Shown here in pieces: positions 48,208 to 57,742 of a stretch of DNA of 64,000 nt (its first letter is position 1; every line of letters starts with the position of its first letter). Both the position numbers and the translations under genes were made by a program. The notes under the pieces are model-generated. The model ran no database searches. It had not been told where the DNA came from and saw only the letters and a list, made by a program, of their open reading frames with translations. Origin of the DNA: Patescibacteria group bacterium. Its GTDB lineage: Bacteria; Patescibacteriota; Patescibacteriia; UBA2591; JAQUPP01. The stretch is from the NCBI GenBank assembly GCA_028716665.1, contig JAQUPP010000001.1, positions 413,046-477,045 on the forward strand, in the 5' to 3' direction.

Positions 48208-48462
48208 ATGGTAAATAAAACAATGCATACAATTTATGTTTTAAGAAGTCTGAAAGATGATAATTTATATATAGGCTGTACTTCTGATTTACAGAAGAGA
48301 TTAAGAGAACATAGAAATAAAAAAGTTTTTTCTACTCGCAATAGGTTGCCAATGAAGTTAATTTATTTTGAAAATTACCCTGATAAATATGAAGCTTATA
48401 GAATGGAAAGATTTTATAAAACCGCTAAAGGTAAAAAAATAATTAAAAACAAAATAATATAA
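48208..48462 (+). CDS. GIY-YIG nuclease family protein, copy 5 (immediately 5' of tRNA-Gln)
   Basis: IYVLRS...LYIGCT motif set; flanked by 12-nt direct repeats TGCGGGATCGTC. Confidence 0.75.
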   Translation: MVNKTMHTIYVLRSLKDDNLYIGCTSDLQKRLREHRNKKVFSTRNRLPMKLIYFENYPDKYEAYRMERFYKTAKGKKIIKNKII

Positions 48463-48469
48463 TAAATAA

Positions 48470-48545
48470 TGCGGGATCGTCTAATGGTAGGACTCCAGCC
48501 TTTGGAGCTGGCTATGATGGTTCGAATCCATCTCCCGCAGCCAAA
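48470..48545 (+). tRNA. tRNA-Gln (TTG)
   Basis: U1-A72 acceptor typical of bacterial tRNA-Gln, anticodon loop CTTTGGA, GGTTCGAATCC T-arm, encoded CCA. Confidence 0.8.
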
Positions 48546-48695
48546 AAAATAACCCTTTATTTAAGAGGTTATTTTTTTATGCCCCATCATGGATTAGTAG
48601 AATTTTTTTAAAAAAGGGGAGTAGTCTAACGAAAATTTACTTTTGATTTTTTTATAAATATGGTACTTTTGAATAAAAAATGATATTATAAGAAT

Positions 48696-49286
48696 ATGGA
48701 AATTAAAAATACACTTTACGTAATCAATAGAAATAATTGGCGAAAATGGCTGATAAAAAATCATAAAAATCAGAAAGAAGTTTGGCTTATATATTATCGC
48801 AAAGAAACCGGAAAACCTCGTATTTCATATGACAATGCGGTCCTGGAAGCTCTTTGTTATGGGTGGATTGACAGTACTGTCAAAAAGATTGATAAAGAGC
48901 GTTTCGCGCAACGTTTTTCACCGCGTCAACCAAAAAGCGGTCTTTCGCAAATGAATAGAGAACGCATATACGAACTCATAAAAGAAAAAAAGATGACAAA
49001 ATGGGGATTCAAGGCCATTGCGCATGCATTCAATCCGAAAATAGATGAATCCAATAAATTCGTAATTTCCAAAGATATTTATAAGGCATTGCGGGCAAAC
49101 AAGAATGCTTGGAAATATTTTCAAAAATTTCCGCTTTCTTATCGGCGCATCAGAATTGCGTACATTGAGGATCGCAAAGGGTACGATATGGATGTGTACA
49201 AAAAAACACTCGCTCATTTTATAAAAATGACAGCGCAAAATAAGCGGATAGGATTTGTAAAAGAGAGAAGAGATGCTATGATATAA
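48696..49286 (+). CDS. YdeI/OmpD-associated family protein (DUF1801-like)
   Basis: Family-like N-terminus (WRKWL...EVWLIYYRKETGKP...CYGWIDS). Confidence 0.45.
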   Translation: MEIKNTLYVINRNNWRKWLIKNHKNQKEVWLIYYRKETGKPRISYDNAVLEALCYGWIDSTVKKIDKERFAQRFSPRQPKSGLSQMNRERIYELIKEKKMTKWGFKAIAHAFNPKIDESNKFVISKDIYKALRANKNAWKYFQKFPLSYRRIRIAYIEDRKGYDMDVYKKTLAHFIKMTAQNKRIGFVKERRDAMI

Positions 49287-49379
49287 ATATAATAATGGAT
49301 ATTTTTTTAAAAATGTCTTGACGGAATTGTAAAATTATGATATATTTTAAATAATTAAAAAAAAAGGGGGGGGATTAAA

Positions 49380-49802
49380 ATGAAAGAAAAAGTTCTTTAC
49401 CAAAAAGAATGGGAACAAGTCAAGGAGATTTTAAAAAAAGAACAGGATACACTGAGATTAGCCAAAGAAGATGGCACTTTCTATGCCGTACAAGTTCAAG
49501 AGAACACCCTGGAACAAATATTCAAGGCTCTGCAAGCGGTTAAGTATTCGGATCAACCTGCCAAGATAGATGGGTTAGTAATGAGTTGTAAGTTAGGGCT
49601 TCAGGACTACCTGTGGGAGCTTGAGAAAGTAAAGAAAGATGAAATATCGCGCCGAAGTCTGATTCGTAGTATTTTCAGTATTTTAGAAGTAATGGTTCAA
49701 GAAGAGAAACCGTTCCGGTTGGTGGCAGTGGATTTTCAATGCCGCGTCATTAAATCAATCATAGAATCATTGTTCCCCAATGTGAAGATTAGAATTTTAT
49801 AA
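49380..49802 (+). CDS. hypothetical protein
   Basis: SD AAAGGGGGGGATTAAA-ATG; terminator after the stop. Confidence 0.4.
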   Translation: MKEKVLYQKEWEQVKEILKKEQDTLRLAKEDGTFYAVQVQENTLEQIFKALQAVKYSDQPAKIDGLVMSCKLGLQDYLWELEKVKKDEISRRSLIRSIFSILEVMVQEEKPFRLVAVDFQCRVIKSIIESLFPNVKIRIL

Positions 49803-49906
49803 AAAATAAATGAGGAAAGGCAAAAGCTTTTCCTCATTTTAAATTTATTCAGAGCAAGCTGCTGTATTTTTTCTTTAAATTTGTTATACTAAAAGTATAA
49901 AATATT

Positions 49907-50239
49907 ATGGAAAACAAAAATATAAAAATTAAAGTTCTTGGTTCCGGCTGTCCCAATTGTAAAAGATTGGAAGCTAATGCGCAAAAAGCAGTGGAGGAAT
50001 TAAATTTGGGAGCCGTAATTGAGAAAGTAACTGACATGGATTTAATTATGAGTTATGGGATAATAAGCACTCCGGCTTTGGTAATTAATGAACAAGTGGT
50101 AAGTTATGGCCGTATTCCTGATGTTGCCGAAATTAAAGCGATGTTGGTCAACCCGGAAATAATTAAACCTTTCGATAATAATTCCGCATCAAAAACAGGT
50201 GGTTGCAATTGCGGGTGTAAATGCGGAGGCAAATGTTAA
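49907..50239 (+). CDS. thioredoxin-like redox-active disulfide protein 2 family
   Basis: KVLGSGCPNC active site at the N-terminus; Cys/Gly-rich C-terminal tail. Confidence 0.6.
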   Translation: MENKNIKIKVLGSGCPNCKRLEANAQKAVEELNLGAVIEKVTDMDLIMSYGIISTPALVINEQVVSYGRIPDVAEIKAMLVNPEIIKPFDNNSASKTGGCNCGCKCGGKC

Positions 50240-51212
50240 TTATATGAGTATATTTTATCCGATACAATTATTGGCCGATTGGCTAACTTATGATATTTTT
50301 GGCATCACACCGAAAACATTATTGGCCGGAGCGGTTAATTTTTTTATTTTTGATACGATTAAAATTTTTATTTTGCTAACAATAATTATTTTTGTTGTTT
50401 CAATAATCAGATCTTTCTTACCACCTGAAAAAATTCGCAATATTTTATCTCACAAACATAAATTTGTCGGTAATATTTTAGCCGCATTATTCGGTATTAT
50501 CACTCCATTTTGTTCTTGCTCGGCTGTGCCTTTGTTTTTGGGTTTTGTGGAAGCAGGAGTGCCGCTTGGAGTTACTTTTTCTTTTTTAGTGTCATCACCT
50601 ATGATTAACGAGGTTGCTTTAGTTTTATTGCTCGGTATGTTTGGCTGGAAAATCGCCGGTATTTATGTAGTCAGCGGTCTTGCAATTGCCGTTATCTCAG
50701 GTTTAGTGATAAGCAAGCTGCCGGTTGAACATTTACTCGCCGATTTTGTGCGTAAAAATCAGGCCAAAAACAATTTGCAATTGCCGAAAATGAATTGGTC
50801 TCAAAGATGTAATTATGCCAAGAGTTATACTAGGGACATAGTTAAAAAAGTTTGGCTGTATATTTTAATTGGGGTTGGTGTCGGCTCTTGGATCCATGGT
50901 TATGTGCCGGCTGATTTTTTGGCAAAATATGCCGGAGCGGATAAATGGTACGCCGTACCCTTGGCTGTAATTATTGGTATTCCTTTATATTCTAATGCCG
51001 CCGGTGTTATTCCTTTGGTAAGTGCTTTAACCGAAAAAGGCGTGGCCATTGGCACAACACTGGCCTTTATGATGGCTGTAACCGCCTTATCATTGCCTGA
51101 ATTTATGATTTTAAAAAAGGTGATGAAAACAAAATTGATAATTATTTTTGCCTCAATTGTTGGTATGGGTATTATTTTTACCGGGTATTTATTTAATGCT
51201 ATTTTGAAATAA
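50199..51212 (+). CDS. ArsP/DUF318-family permease (TPFCSCS motif)
   Basis: IITPFCSCSAVPLF motif and 8-TM permease architecture; commonly partnered with redox-active disulfide protein 2. Confidence 0.5.
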   Translation: MVAIAGVNAEANVNYMSIFYPIQLLADWLTYDIFGITPKTLLAGAVNFFIFDTIKIFILLTIIIFVVSIIRSFLPPEKIRNILSHKHKFVGNILAALFGIITPFCSCSAVPLFLGFVEAGVPLGVTFSFLVSSPMINEVALVLLLGMFGWKIAGIYVVSGLAIAVISGLVISKLPVEHLLADFVRKNQAKNNLQLPKMNWSQRCNYAKSYTRDIVKKVWLYILIGVGVGSWIHGYVPADFLAKYAGADKWYAVPLAVIIGIPLYSNAAGVIPLVSALTEKGVAIGTTLAFMMAVTALSLPEFMILKKVMKTKLIIIFASIVGMGIIFTGYLFNAILK

Positions 51213-51218
51213 TAATTT

Positions 51219-51680
51219 ATGAATAAAAAGATTGTTATTGGATTATTAATTACTTTTGGAATAATAATAGTTTTATGGGTTGTTAGTTTGGGCTCACCTA
51301 AATCAAAAACTGTTTCAGTTATTCAAAATCAACCGCAAAAACAATCAGCTGATAAGGTTGAAGTTTTTCTTTTTCATACAACTCGACGTTGTGCGACTTG
51401 TATTGCGATTGGTCAATTGGCGGGCGAAACGGTTAACGAGTATTTTCAGCCGGAACTTAGAGACGGCAAAATTGAATTTAGAGAGATCAATATTGATTTG
51501 CCGGAAAACAAAGAATTGGCGCAAAAATTTCAGGCCAGTGGTTCATCGTTATTTATTAATGTTATTTCTAATGGAGGAAATAACATTACCGAAGATGTGA
51601 ATGTTTGGCGTTTAACCCAGAATGAAGTTCAATTTAAAAGTTATTTAAAAGACAAAATAAATAATTTCTTGGGAAAATAA
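51219..51680 (+). CDS. exported CxxC (thioredoxin-like) protein
   Basis: Signal/anchor peptide then RRCATCIAIG CxxC motif. Confidence 0.4.
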   Translation: MNKKIVIGLLITFGIIIVLWVVSLGSPKSKTVSVIQNQPQKQSADKVEVFLFHTTRRCATCIAIGQLAGETVNEYFQPELRDGKIEFREINIDLPENKELAQKFQASGSSLFINVISNGGNNITEDVNVWRLTQNEVQFKSYLKDKINNFLGK

Positions 51681-51681
51681 T

Positions 51682-52380
51682 ATGGATTGGATTAATAGTT
51701 TAATTGATAATTATAATATTCCGCTTTTAACTGCTTTTTTATTGGGCATTCTGACTTCTATCAGCCCTTGCCCATTGGCTACCAATATTACCGCTATTGC
51801 TTACATTTCTCGTGAACTGAAAACCGTCAAAAATACTCTTTTGAATGGTTTATTTTATACCATGGGTCGAGGGATCAGTTATACACTTTTAGGATTACTT
51901 ATATATTTTGGTTTATCATCTTTCCAAATATCAAAAATTTTTCAAGGTTGGGGAGATAAAGTTTTGGGTCCGATTTTGATAATTATCGGCCTTATTATGT
52001 TCGGAATAATTAAGATAAATTTCGTAGGTCAGAATAAAAAAACAGAAAAATTAGAACAGTGGCTTTCCAGTAAAGGTTATTTAGGCTCTCTACTTTTGGG
52101 CGTATTATTTGCTTTGGCTTTTTGTCCATACAGCGGAGTATTGTTTTTTGGCGCGTTAATACCGCTGGTTCTTAAATCAACCGGCGGAATATTTTTGCCT
52201 TTGTTATTTGCTCTTGGCACAGGTTTGCCGGTGATAATTTTTTCTTTTTTTATCGCTTTTGGCGTACAAAAAGTAGCAAAGGCATTTAAAATTGTGCAGA
52301 AAATTGAGAAGATAATGCGTTACAGCGTGGCATCAATATTTATTTTAACCGGGATTTATTATATTATATACAATATTTGA
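51682..52380 (+). CDS. cytochrome c biogenesis CcdA/DsbD-like thiol-disulfide transporter
   Basis: Six TM helices with SPCPLA and AFCPYSG cysteines in TM1 and TM4. Confidence 0.6.
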   Translation: MDWINSLIDNYNIPLLTAFLLGILTSISPCPLATNITAIAYISRELKTVKNTLLNGLFYTMGRGISYTLLGLLIYFGLSSFQISKIFQGWGDKVLGPILIIIGLIMFGIIKINFVGQNKKTEKLEQWLSSKGYLGSLLLGVLFALAFCPYSGVLFFGALIPLVLKSTGGIFLPLLFALGTGLPVIIFSFFIAFGVQKVAKAFKIVQKIEKIMRYSVASIFILTGIYYIIYNI

Positions 52381-52395
52381 TTTATAATTTAAATT

Positions 52396-53076
52396 ATGTT
52401 GATTTTAATTTTGTGGATTATCGGAATAACGAGTTTTACGCTATTGGGCAGTTGGTATGTCAAAAAATACAATAAGCCCGATTTGTTAATCGCGCTTTAC
52501 GTGACCTTTATTTTGGTCGCCCAGATATTGGCGGTAAAAATTTCCGCTTTTGATTTGGGATTCAAGACATTTTTTGCGCCAAGCGGAATTCTTGTTTTTT
52601 CCATCACTTATCTTTTGACGGATATCGTGAATGAAAAATTCGGCAGAAGGGAAGTCCAAAAAATGATTTTAATCGCTTTTATTTCTCAGGTGGCGATGGT
52701 GTTTTTCTTTTGGCTGGGAGTGATATTTCCGGCCGCGCCTTTTTGGCAGATGCAAGATGTTTGGAAACAGATATTCGGATTGGTACCGCGGATCGTGGCG
52801 GCAAGCTGGATTGCCTTTTTAATTAGTGAAAATATTGATGCCATTATTTTTTCATATTTTAAAGCAAAAACAAAAGGAAAATATTTGTGGATGAGAAACG
52901 CATTCAGTTCTTTGCCGGCACTCGCCTTGGACTCAATTCTTTTTATAACCATCGCTTTTCTGGGAGTTTCGCCGATTTGGCCGTTAATCTTGGGTCAGAT
53001 CGTAGTTAAATGGCTGGTGGGGTTGGTTAATATACCTTTTATGTATTTCAATAAATGGGTGATGGGAAATAAATAA
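52396..53076 (+). CDS. queuosine precursor transporter-like (YhhQ/DUF165, VUT family)
   Basis: About 220 aa, six TM helices, conserved DIVNEKFGRR loop. Confidence 0.5.
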   Translation: MLILILWIIGITSFTLLGSWYVKKYNKPDLLIALYVTFILVAQILAVKISAFDLGFKTFFAPSGILVFSITYLLTDIVNEKFGRREVQKMILIAFISQVAMVFFFWLGVIFPAAPFWQMQDVWKQIFGLVPRIVAASWIAFLISENIDAIIFSYFKAKTKGKYLWMRNAFSSLPALALDSILFITIAFLGVSPIWPLILGQIVVKWLVGLVNIPFMYFNKWVMGNK

Positions 53077-53147
53077 AATATTTTGGATAAAATAAAATAG
53101 GGTTTGATTGTTCTCAATCAAACCCTATTATTTTGAAAAAATTATCA

Positions 53148-53603
53148 TCAGAAGTAAGCGAAAAATCCGCCGAGAATTATCCAAGGAGAATTCTCATAAG
53201 TGTTGTACGGATTTACCAACTTTGATCCTGGTGTATCTCCTGCAAGTCGATGGCCTAGTCCCACTTCAAATTTTAAATGGGCACAGATATCACTGCCACC
53301 ACCAAATGAGGCAAAGACCCCTGTAGGACCACCGTCTATATTGGATTTACCAATACCTCCAAAGAGATAACTGATATTTTTATCAGTTCCAGAATTAATG
53401 AGGTATACCGCCTCCCACCTGTTTTGCCACAGTATTTTGCTGTGATTAGCAGGCTGCGGAAGTCCGCTTAAGGTATATTGGCAACCCCATGGACCGTTTG
53501 TTAATACGATCTTTCCTCCAAGGAAATCCGGCCCCCCCGTTAGTCCACATTGCATATTTAGGTTTAAAGGAGCAGCCACCAACATCATTAAAAATGTAAA
53601 CAT
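53148..53603 (-). CDS. secreted Gly-rich hypothetical protein
   Basis: Signal peptide; promoter provided by the inverted MITE-like element E2; SD GGAGGTGAAGT-ATG. Confidence 0.45.
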   Translation of the reverse strand: MFTFLMMLVAAPLNLNMQCGLTGGPDFLGGKIVLTNGPWGCQYTLSGLPQPANHSKILWQNRWEAVYLINSGTDKNISYLFGGIGKSNIDGGPTGVFASFGGGSDICAHLKFEVGLGHRLAGDTPGSKLVNPYNTYENSPWIILGGFFAYF

Positions 53604-53688
53604 ACTTCACCTCCTTCCTTCTTTCTACTTTTTTTGGTTTTTAAATTATCAATTTACTATACATCTAAAATATCACATTTTTCGATTT

Positions 53689-53843
53689 TTGTCAAGCCCC
53701 CCACATGGGGATTATTGTCTTTCTTAAAAATTATGATTTAATAAGGTTGACTAAAATAAATGTTTAATTAAGATAAAATTAGAGTGGATATAAGAAACGA
53801 AAGACAGTAATTTTAATAATCCCTCTATGTGGGGGGCTCAAGT
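53689..53843. repeat. MITE-like element E2, opposite orientation (promoter fires leftward into 53148-53603)
   Basis: CAAGCCCCCCACATGGGGATTATTGTCTTTC ... GAAAGACAGTAATTTTAATAATCCCTCTATGTGGGGGGCTCAAG, same family as E1. Confidence 0.6.
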
Positions 53844-53877
53844 GGATAAAAATGTGTTATTATTTTGAATAATCAAT

Positions 53878-54447
53878 ATGAATATAATTTTAGGTTCAGC
53901 TTCAAAATCACGAAAACGAGTCATGGAAAGGGCTGGTTGGAAATTTACCATAATAACCGCTGATATTGACGAAAAGGCGATTCGTTTTGATGACCCCAAA
54001 GATTTGGTGATGGCTCTTGCTAGTGCCAAAGCCGATGCGATTCTGCCGAAAATTAAAGAAAAAGCTTTTTTAATAACCGCGGATCAAGTGGTGGTTTGCA
54101 ATAATGAAATCAGAGAAAAACCCATTGATGAAAAACAAGCCAGAGAATATTTGCGAAGCTATGCTGATTATCCGGCCGAGGCGGTTAACGGAATCGCGAT
54201 TGTGAATACTGAGACAAAAGAGAGAATGGTAAAATTGGAAATATCCAAGATAAAATTCAAACAGATTCCGGAAACAATCATTGATCAATTGATTTCCAAG
54301 GGAGATATTTTTTCACAAGCCGGATCATTTTCCGCGGAAGATCCTTTATTAATTCCGTATATTGATTATATAGAAGGAACATTAGACAGCGTCGAGGGAT
54401 TGCCAATAGAATTAATTGAAGATTTGATCAATAAAATGAATAAATAA
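53878..54447 (+). CDS. maf: Maf-like nucleoside triphosphate pyrophosphatase
   Basis: ILGSASKSR N-terminus and Maf fold, 189 aa. Confidence 0.75.
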   Translation: MNIILGSASKSRKRVMERAGWKFTIITADIDEKAIRFDDPKDLVMALASAKADAILPKIKEKAFLITADQVVVCNNEIREKPIDEKQAREYLRSYADYPAEAVNGIAIVNTETKERMVKLEISKIKFKQIPETIIDQLISKGDIFSQAGSFSAEDPLLIPYIDYIEGTLDSVEGLPIELIEDLINKMNK

Positions 54448-54501
54448 ATTATCAATTATAAAGTAAAAGAGGCGGAAATTATATCCGCCTCTTTTTTATT
54501 T

Positions 54502-54948
54502 TTATCTTAATGGCCAGGACTGGGTGATAGATCCGATTGTTGATCTTAATCCTTCTCTGATAAACTCCTGAGACATTATGTGCTCAGAAGTGATAATAGC
54601 AACTATTGTCAGAGAATTCGATTTCGGCGTTAATCCCATCACCAGGGTTTGTTTGTCTTTGATTTTAAAAATCGGACTTCTACTTTTATCAGGATTGTTT
54701 ATTTTTTCGAACCTTTCCTTCAAGATTTCTTCATTTATTTTTTCACTCAGAGATTTAATTTTATATTTGAAATCAACATATACCTTGCGAGGATTGACCA
54801 CGAAAGTAGCTTTCAAATTAAAATTGTTTTTACCGGTTTTTAGTGGAATAGTAGTCCTTATTTCTCCACTATTATAAATGATTTTTCTATCCCTGTAGCC
54901 CAGTTCTTCGAGTGCCTTAAGCAATCGATTGTTGTACTTTTTACTCAT
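54502..54948 (-). CDS. hypothetical protein
   Basis: SD GGAGGAG-ATG on the minus strand, TTGACA promoter upstream, terminator after the stop. Confidence 0.4.
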   Translation of the reverse strand: MSKKYNNRLLKALEELGYRDRKIIYNSGEIRTTIPLKTGKNNFNLKATFVVNPRKVYVDFKYKIKSLSEKINEEILKERFEKINNPDKSRSPIFKIKDKQTLVMGLTPKSNSLTIVAIITSEHIMSQEFIREGLRSTIGSITQSWPLR

Positions 54949-55125
54949 TTCTCCTCCTTTTTAAGATGCGTTAAACCTTTATGGTTTAAATTTATATATA
55001 TTTAAGCATATCTGTGTTTTTTGTCAAGTCCCTCGCAAGACCCTCTCGTTGAATAATAAATTTAATGGAATTTACCTATTGACTTTTTCTAATTTTTATG
55101 CTATGCTTTTAATAAGGAGGCAACA

Positions 55126-55344
55126 ATGGATGCAATAAATAATGTAGGTCATCAAGGCTATCAGCAAATTGCGACCAATCCCAATAAAGTGATTGAAACT
55201 GACGAAATTGATAAGACAATAAAAGAGATTGAACAAGCCAAAAAGAGACTGGAGACTCAGCCGATAGAACCGATTTCCGCTTGTTCCAGCGCGGATAAAC
55301 CAAAAGAAGAAAAGACGGGAACTAATATTGACTTGTATGGATAA
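55126..55344 (+). CDS. hypothetical small protein
   Basis: SD AATAAGGAGGCAACA-ATG; terminator GGCGCGATTATTACGCC on the other side. Confidence 0.3.
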   Translation: MDAINNVGHQGYQQIATNPNKVIETDEIDKTIKEIEQAKKRLETQPIEPISACSSADKPKEEKTGTNIDLYG

Positions 55345-55478
55345 GAAGGCGTAATAATCGCGCCTTCTTTTTATATTGACAAAATTCAGAAATATGCTAT
55401 TATTAAAACATATAAAGGATATAGTTCATTCAAATAAAAAGAAAAAAGTCTTGCTTATCGGCAGACAGGGAGGAAAAA

Positions 55479-55988
55479 ATGGAAATAAAGAAAGATCGGA
55501 TAATCGCCGGATGCAGTCCTAGCTTTGAGGATACCGACGAAGAAGTTGAAGTAAAGGCAATTTGGGAAATTTTACCGCTTGTTCTTGATATCAATCTTTC
55601 TGAAGATATCAATATTTTGAAAAAAGTAGATATATGGAGTTTGATTATTCATCGCATTTCCGATGATACGAATATTGATTTACCGGTTTTAGAGGTGAAT
55701 AGAGAAGAAGACGAAGAAGTGTTTCTAAGAGATGGAAGATTTTGCGCGTATTCTTTTAAAGATAACAAGCTTTGCACGAATGCGATTTTCAGGAATATTA
55801 AAGATCTTGATATAAAACTTTTTAACGGCAACGAGCACGTATGCGTCTTAATTTTTCCGGAATTGGATCTCGCTCTCGAATATACGAATATTATCATTAT
55901 TCGTTGTCCATGGGGGAAAACTTTCATGGATTTTCCGAATGTTTGCGAATCCATTGAAAAATGGATTAAACAATTTGGTAAGAAATAA
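55479..55988 (+). CDS. hypothetical acidic protein
   Basis: Conserved cassette leader and SD; terminator GGGGCGACAAAAAGTCGCCCC after the stop. Confidence 0.45.
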   Translation: MEIKKDRIIAGCSPSFEDTDEEVEVKAIWEILPLVLDINLSEDINILKKVDIWSLIIHRISDDTNIDLPVLEVNREEDEEVFLRDGRFCAYSFKDNKLCTNAIFRNIKDLDIKLFNGNEHVCVLIFPELDLALEYTNIIIIRCPWGKTFMDFPNVCESIEKWIKQFGKK

Positions 55989-56063
55989 GCCAATAATAGG
56001 GGGCGACAAAAAGTCGCCCCTTTAACTTATCCCCAAAAAGGGGGTTGACCCCCTCACAAGGAA

Positions 56064-56216
56064 AACCATTGTCTTCCTTAGAAATTACAGTTTAATAGGC
56101 ATAAAGTTAAAAATAATCATTTAGATAAGATAAAATCATTGTATATATAAAAAAATGAAAGACAGTATACCCTTTATGGTTTTCCACATGTGAGGGGGTT
56201 GACAAATTTCAAAAAT
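56064..56216. repeat. MITE-like element E3 (TTGACCCCCTCACAAGGAAAACCATTGTCTTCC ... GGGGGTTGACA)
   Basis: Same family; right arm is the -35 for 56328-56777. Confidence 0.6.
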
Positions 56217-56327
56217 ATGCTATTATATATAACACAATAGTTCTTTACATAGCTAAAGCGATCCGGGCTAGATCTCTCAAAAGATCAAAAATGGATCGCA
56301 TAATAGTAGAAAGAAAAAGGGGGAAAA

Positions 56328-56777
56328 ATGAAAAAACTAAACAAAATTTTTGTTGTAGCCGTATTAATGACATTATTTGCCGAAGCGTATGGCGAACCGC
56401 CAACCTTGGAAAACAAGTTTGTACCGGTTCAAAAAACCGTAGTGGTTATGCCGGAAAATCAGGTCAACATATTGTCAGTTAATCCGGCAGAAGAGATAAA
56501 TACGGCAAATGAATTTGTAAAAAGATCTGCAATTATATTGATCGCACAGAACCTTGTGCCACCGGTAAAAAAAGTTCAAGATCAAATTGACTTGGGATTA
56601 CCCAAGATAAAAAATACTGCGATACGCAGCGAAAAGGTTTTTTCAAATTACCAAGTTCTGTCTCTACAAAAAGTAGGGATTGAGAATAATGGAGATACTG
56701 CCGTTTCTCGAGCCAAGAAAGAGCTCGACAAAAGAAACAAAGAAATGGCCAAGCCGATAGAATTGGCTTGCAAATAA
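56328..56777 (+). CDS. secreted hypothetical protein
   Basis: Signal peptide, SD AAAAAGGGGGAAAA-ATG, promoter from element E3. Confidence 0.45.
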   Translation: MKKLNKIFVVAVLMTLFAEAYGEPPTLENKFVPVQKTVVVMPENQVNILSVNPAEEINTANEFVKRSAIILIAQNLVPPVKKVQDQIDLGLPKIKNTAIRSEKVFSNYQVLSLQKVGIENNGDTAVSRAKKELDKRNKEMAKPIELACK

Positions 56778-56828
56778 GAATTATTGAGGGCGCGGAAAAA
56801 TCCGCGCCCATTTTTTTATTATTTATTT

Positions 56829-56976
56829 CTTGACCCCACCACCTTGAAATTATAATGCTCAATTTTATATTTTCTGATTTAAAAATATTTTTTAATCAGA
56901 AAGGTTTAATAAATTATAAATTTAATTTTATACCTCGCATTTTTAAAATATAATTTCTAGGTGGTGGGGTTGACAG
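56829..56976. repeat. MITE-like element E4 (TTGACCCCACCACC...GGTGGTGGGGTTGACA)
   Basis: Same terminal family with a different inner hairpin; right arm is the -35 for 57064-57468. Confidence 0.55.
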
Positions 56977-57063
56977 ATTTTATTTTTTTGTTATAATCAA
57001 AAACAGACTTAAGGGCATGGTACCTTAAAAAAAGTCTGTCTATTGGCAGACAAGGAGGAGAAA

Positions 57064-57468
57064 ATGAGAAATTTTTTGAAGCTGGGAGTGTTGGTTGTCT
57101 TGGGATTTATCTTTTGCAGTATTTTTCTGACCAATCAAGTCAGAGCAGAAGTAAATGTCCCAAATGCAATGACTATAACACAGTCAACCAATATTGATTC
57201 CATAACAAGCCCGAAATGTTGTATTATCGCTGACAGCATAATATTCAATATTACGGAAAAGAAAGTAATTATTAAAAATGGCATCCTTACATATTTTAAT
57301 TCTAAGGATGAAAAAAGCTTGAACATAGTGATGAAAGAGGGTGTTTTTAATTTAGATAACACGTGGAATACGATATACTCGATTAAAAATTTTTCGGATA
57401 TAGAAGTATTTACCGTTATTAACGGTAAATATAAAAAGATTATCGACGATAAGTTAGAAAATTATTAA
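57064..57468 (+). CDS. secreted hypothetical protein
   Basis: Conserved cassette leader; signal peptide (LGVLVVLGFIFCSIFLTNQVRA). Confidence 0.45.
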   Translation: MRNFLKLGVLVVLGFIFCSIFLTNQVRAEVNVPNAMTITQSTNIDSITSPKCCIIADSIIFNITEKKVIIKNGILTYFNSKDEKSLNIVMKEGVFNLDNTWNTIYSIKNFSDIEVFTVINGKYKKIIDDKLENY

Positions 57469-57742
57469 AAATCAGGCTGAGAGAAAATTCTCTCAGCCTT
57501 TTTGTTTTTAAGTATTGACTGATATTTTGATATCAGTTATCATATACTCTATAGTTTAAAAATTTTAGTTTATGTTTTACAGGCGGAAGAAAAAATTTAT
57601 TTTCATTCAAAGCTCTGATTAATAAAAAAGAGACGGGTTAAAACCCGCCTCTTTTTCTTTTAGGATAATTTAATTAATTTAAAATTTAAAATTATGGAAG
57701 ACTTTATTTTGAAGTACGACACCGCCAAATACACGGAGAGAG

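Noticed and set aside
55020-55110. Seventh member of the GGGGTTGACA MITE-like family upstream of the minus-strand gene 54502-54948
   Set aside because: Only one arm (TTGACAAAAAACAC promoter side with a CGAGAGGGTCTTGCGAGGGAC hairpin) is recognisable; the partner inverted repeat could not be found.
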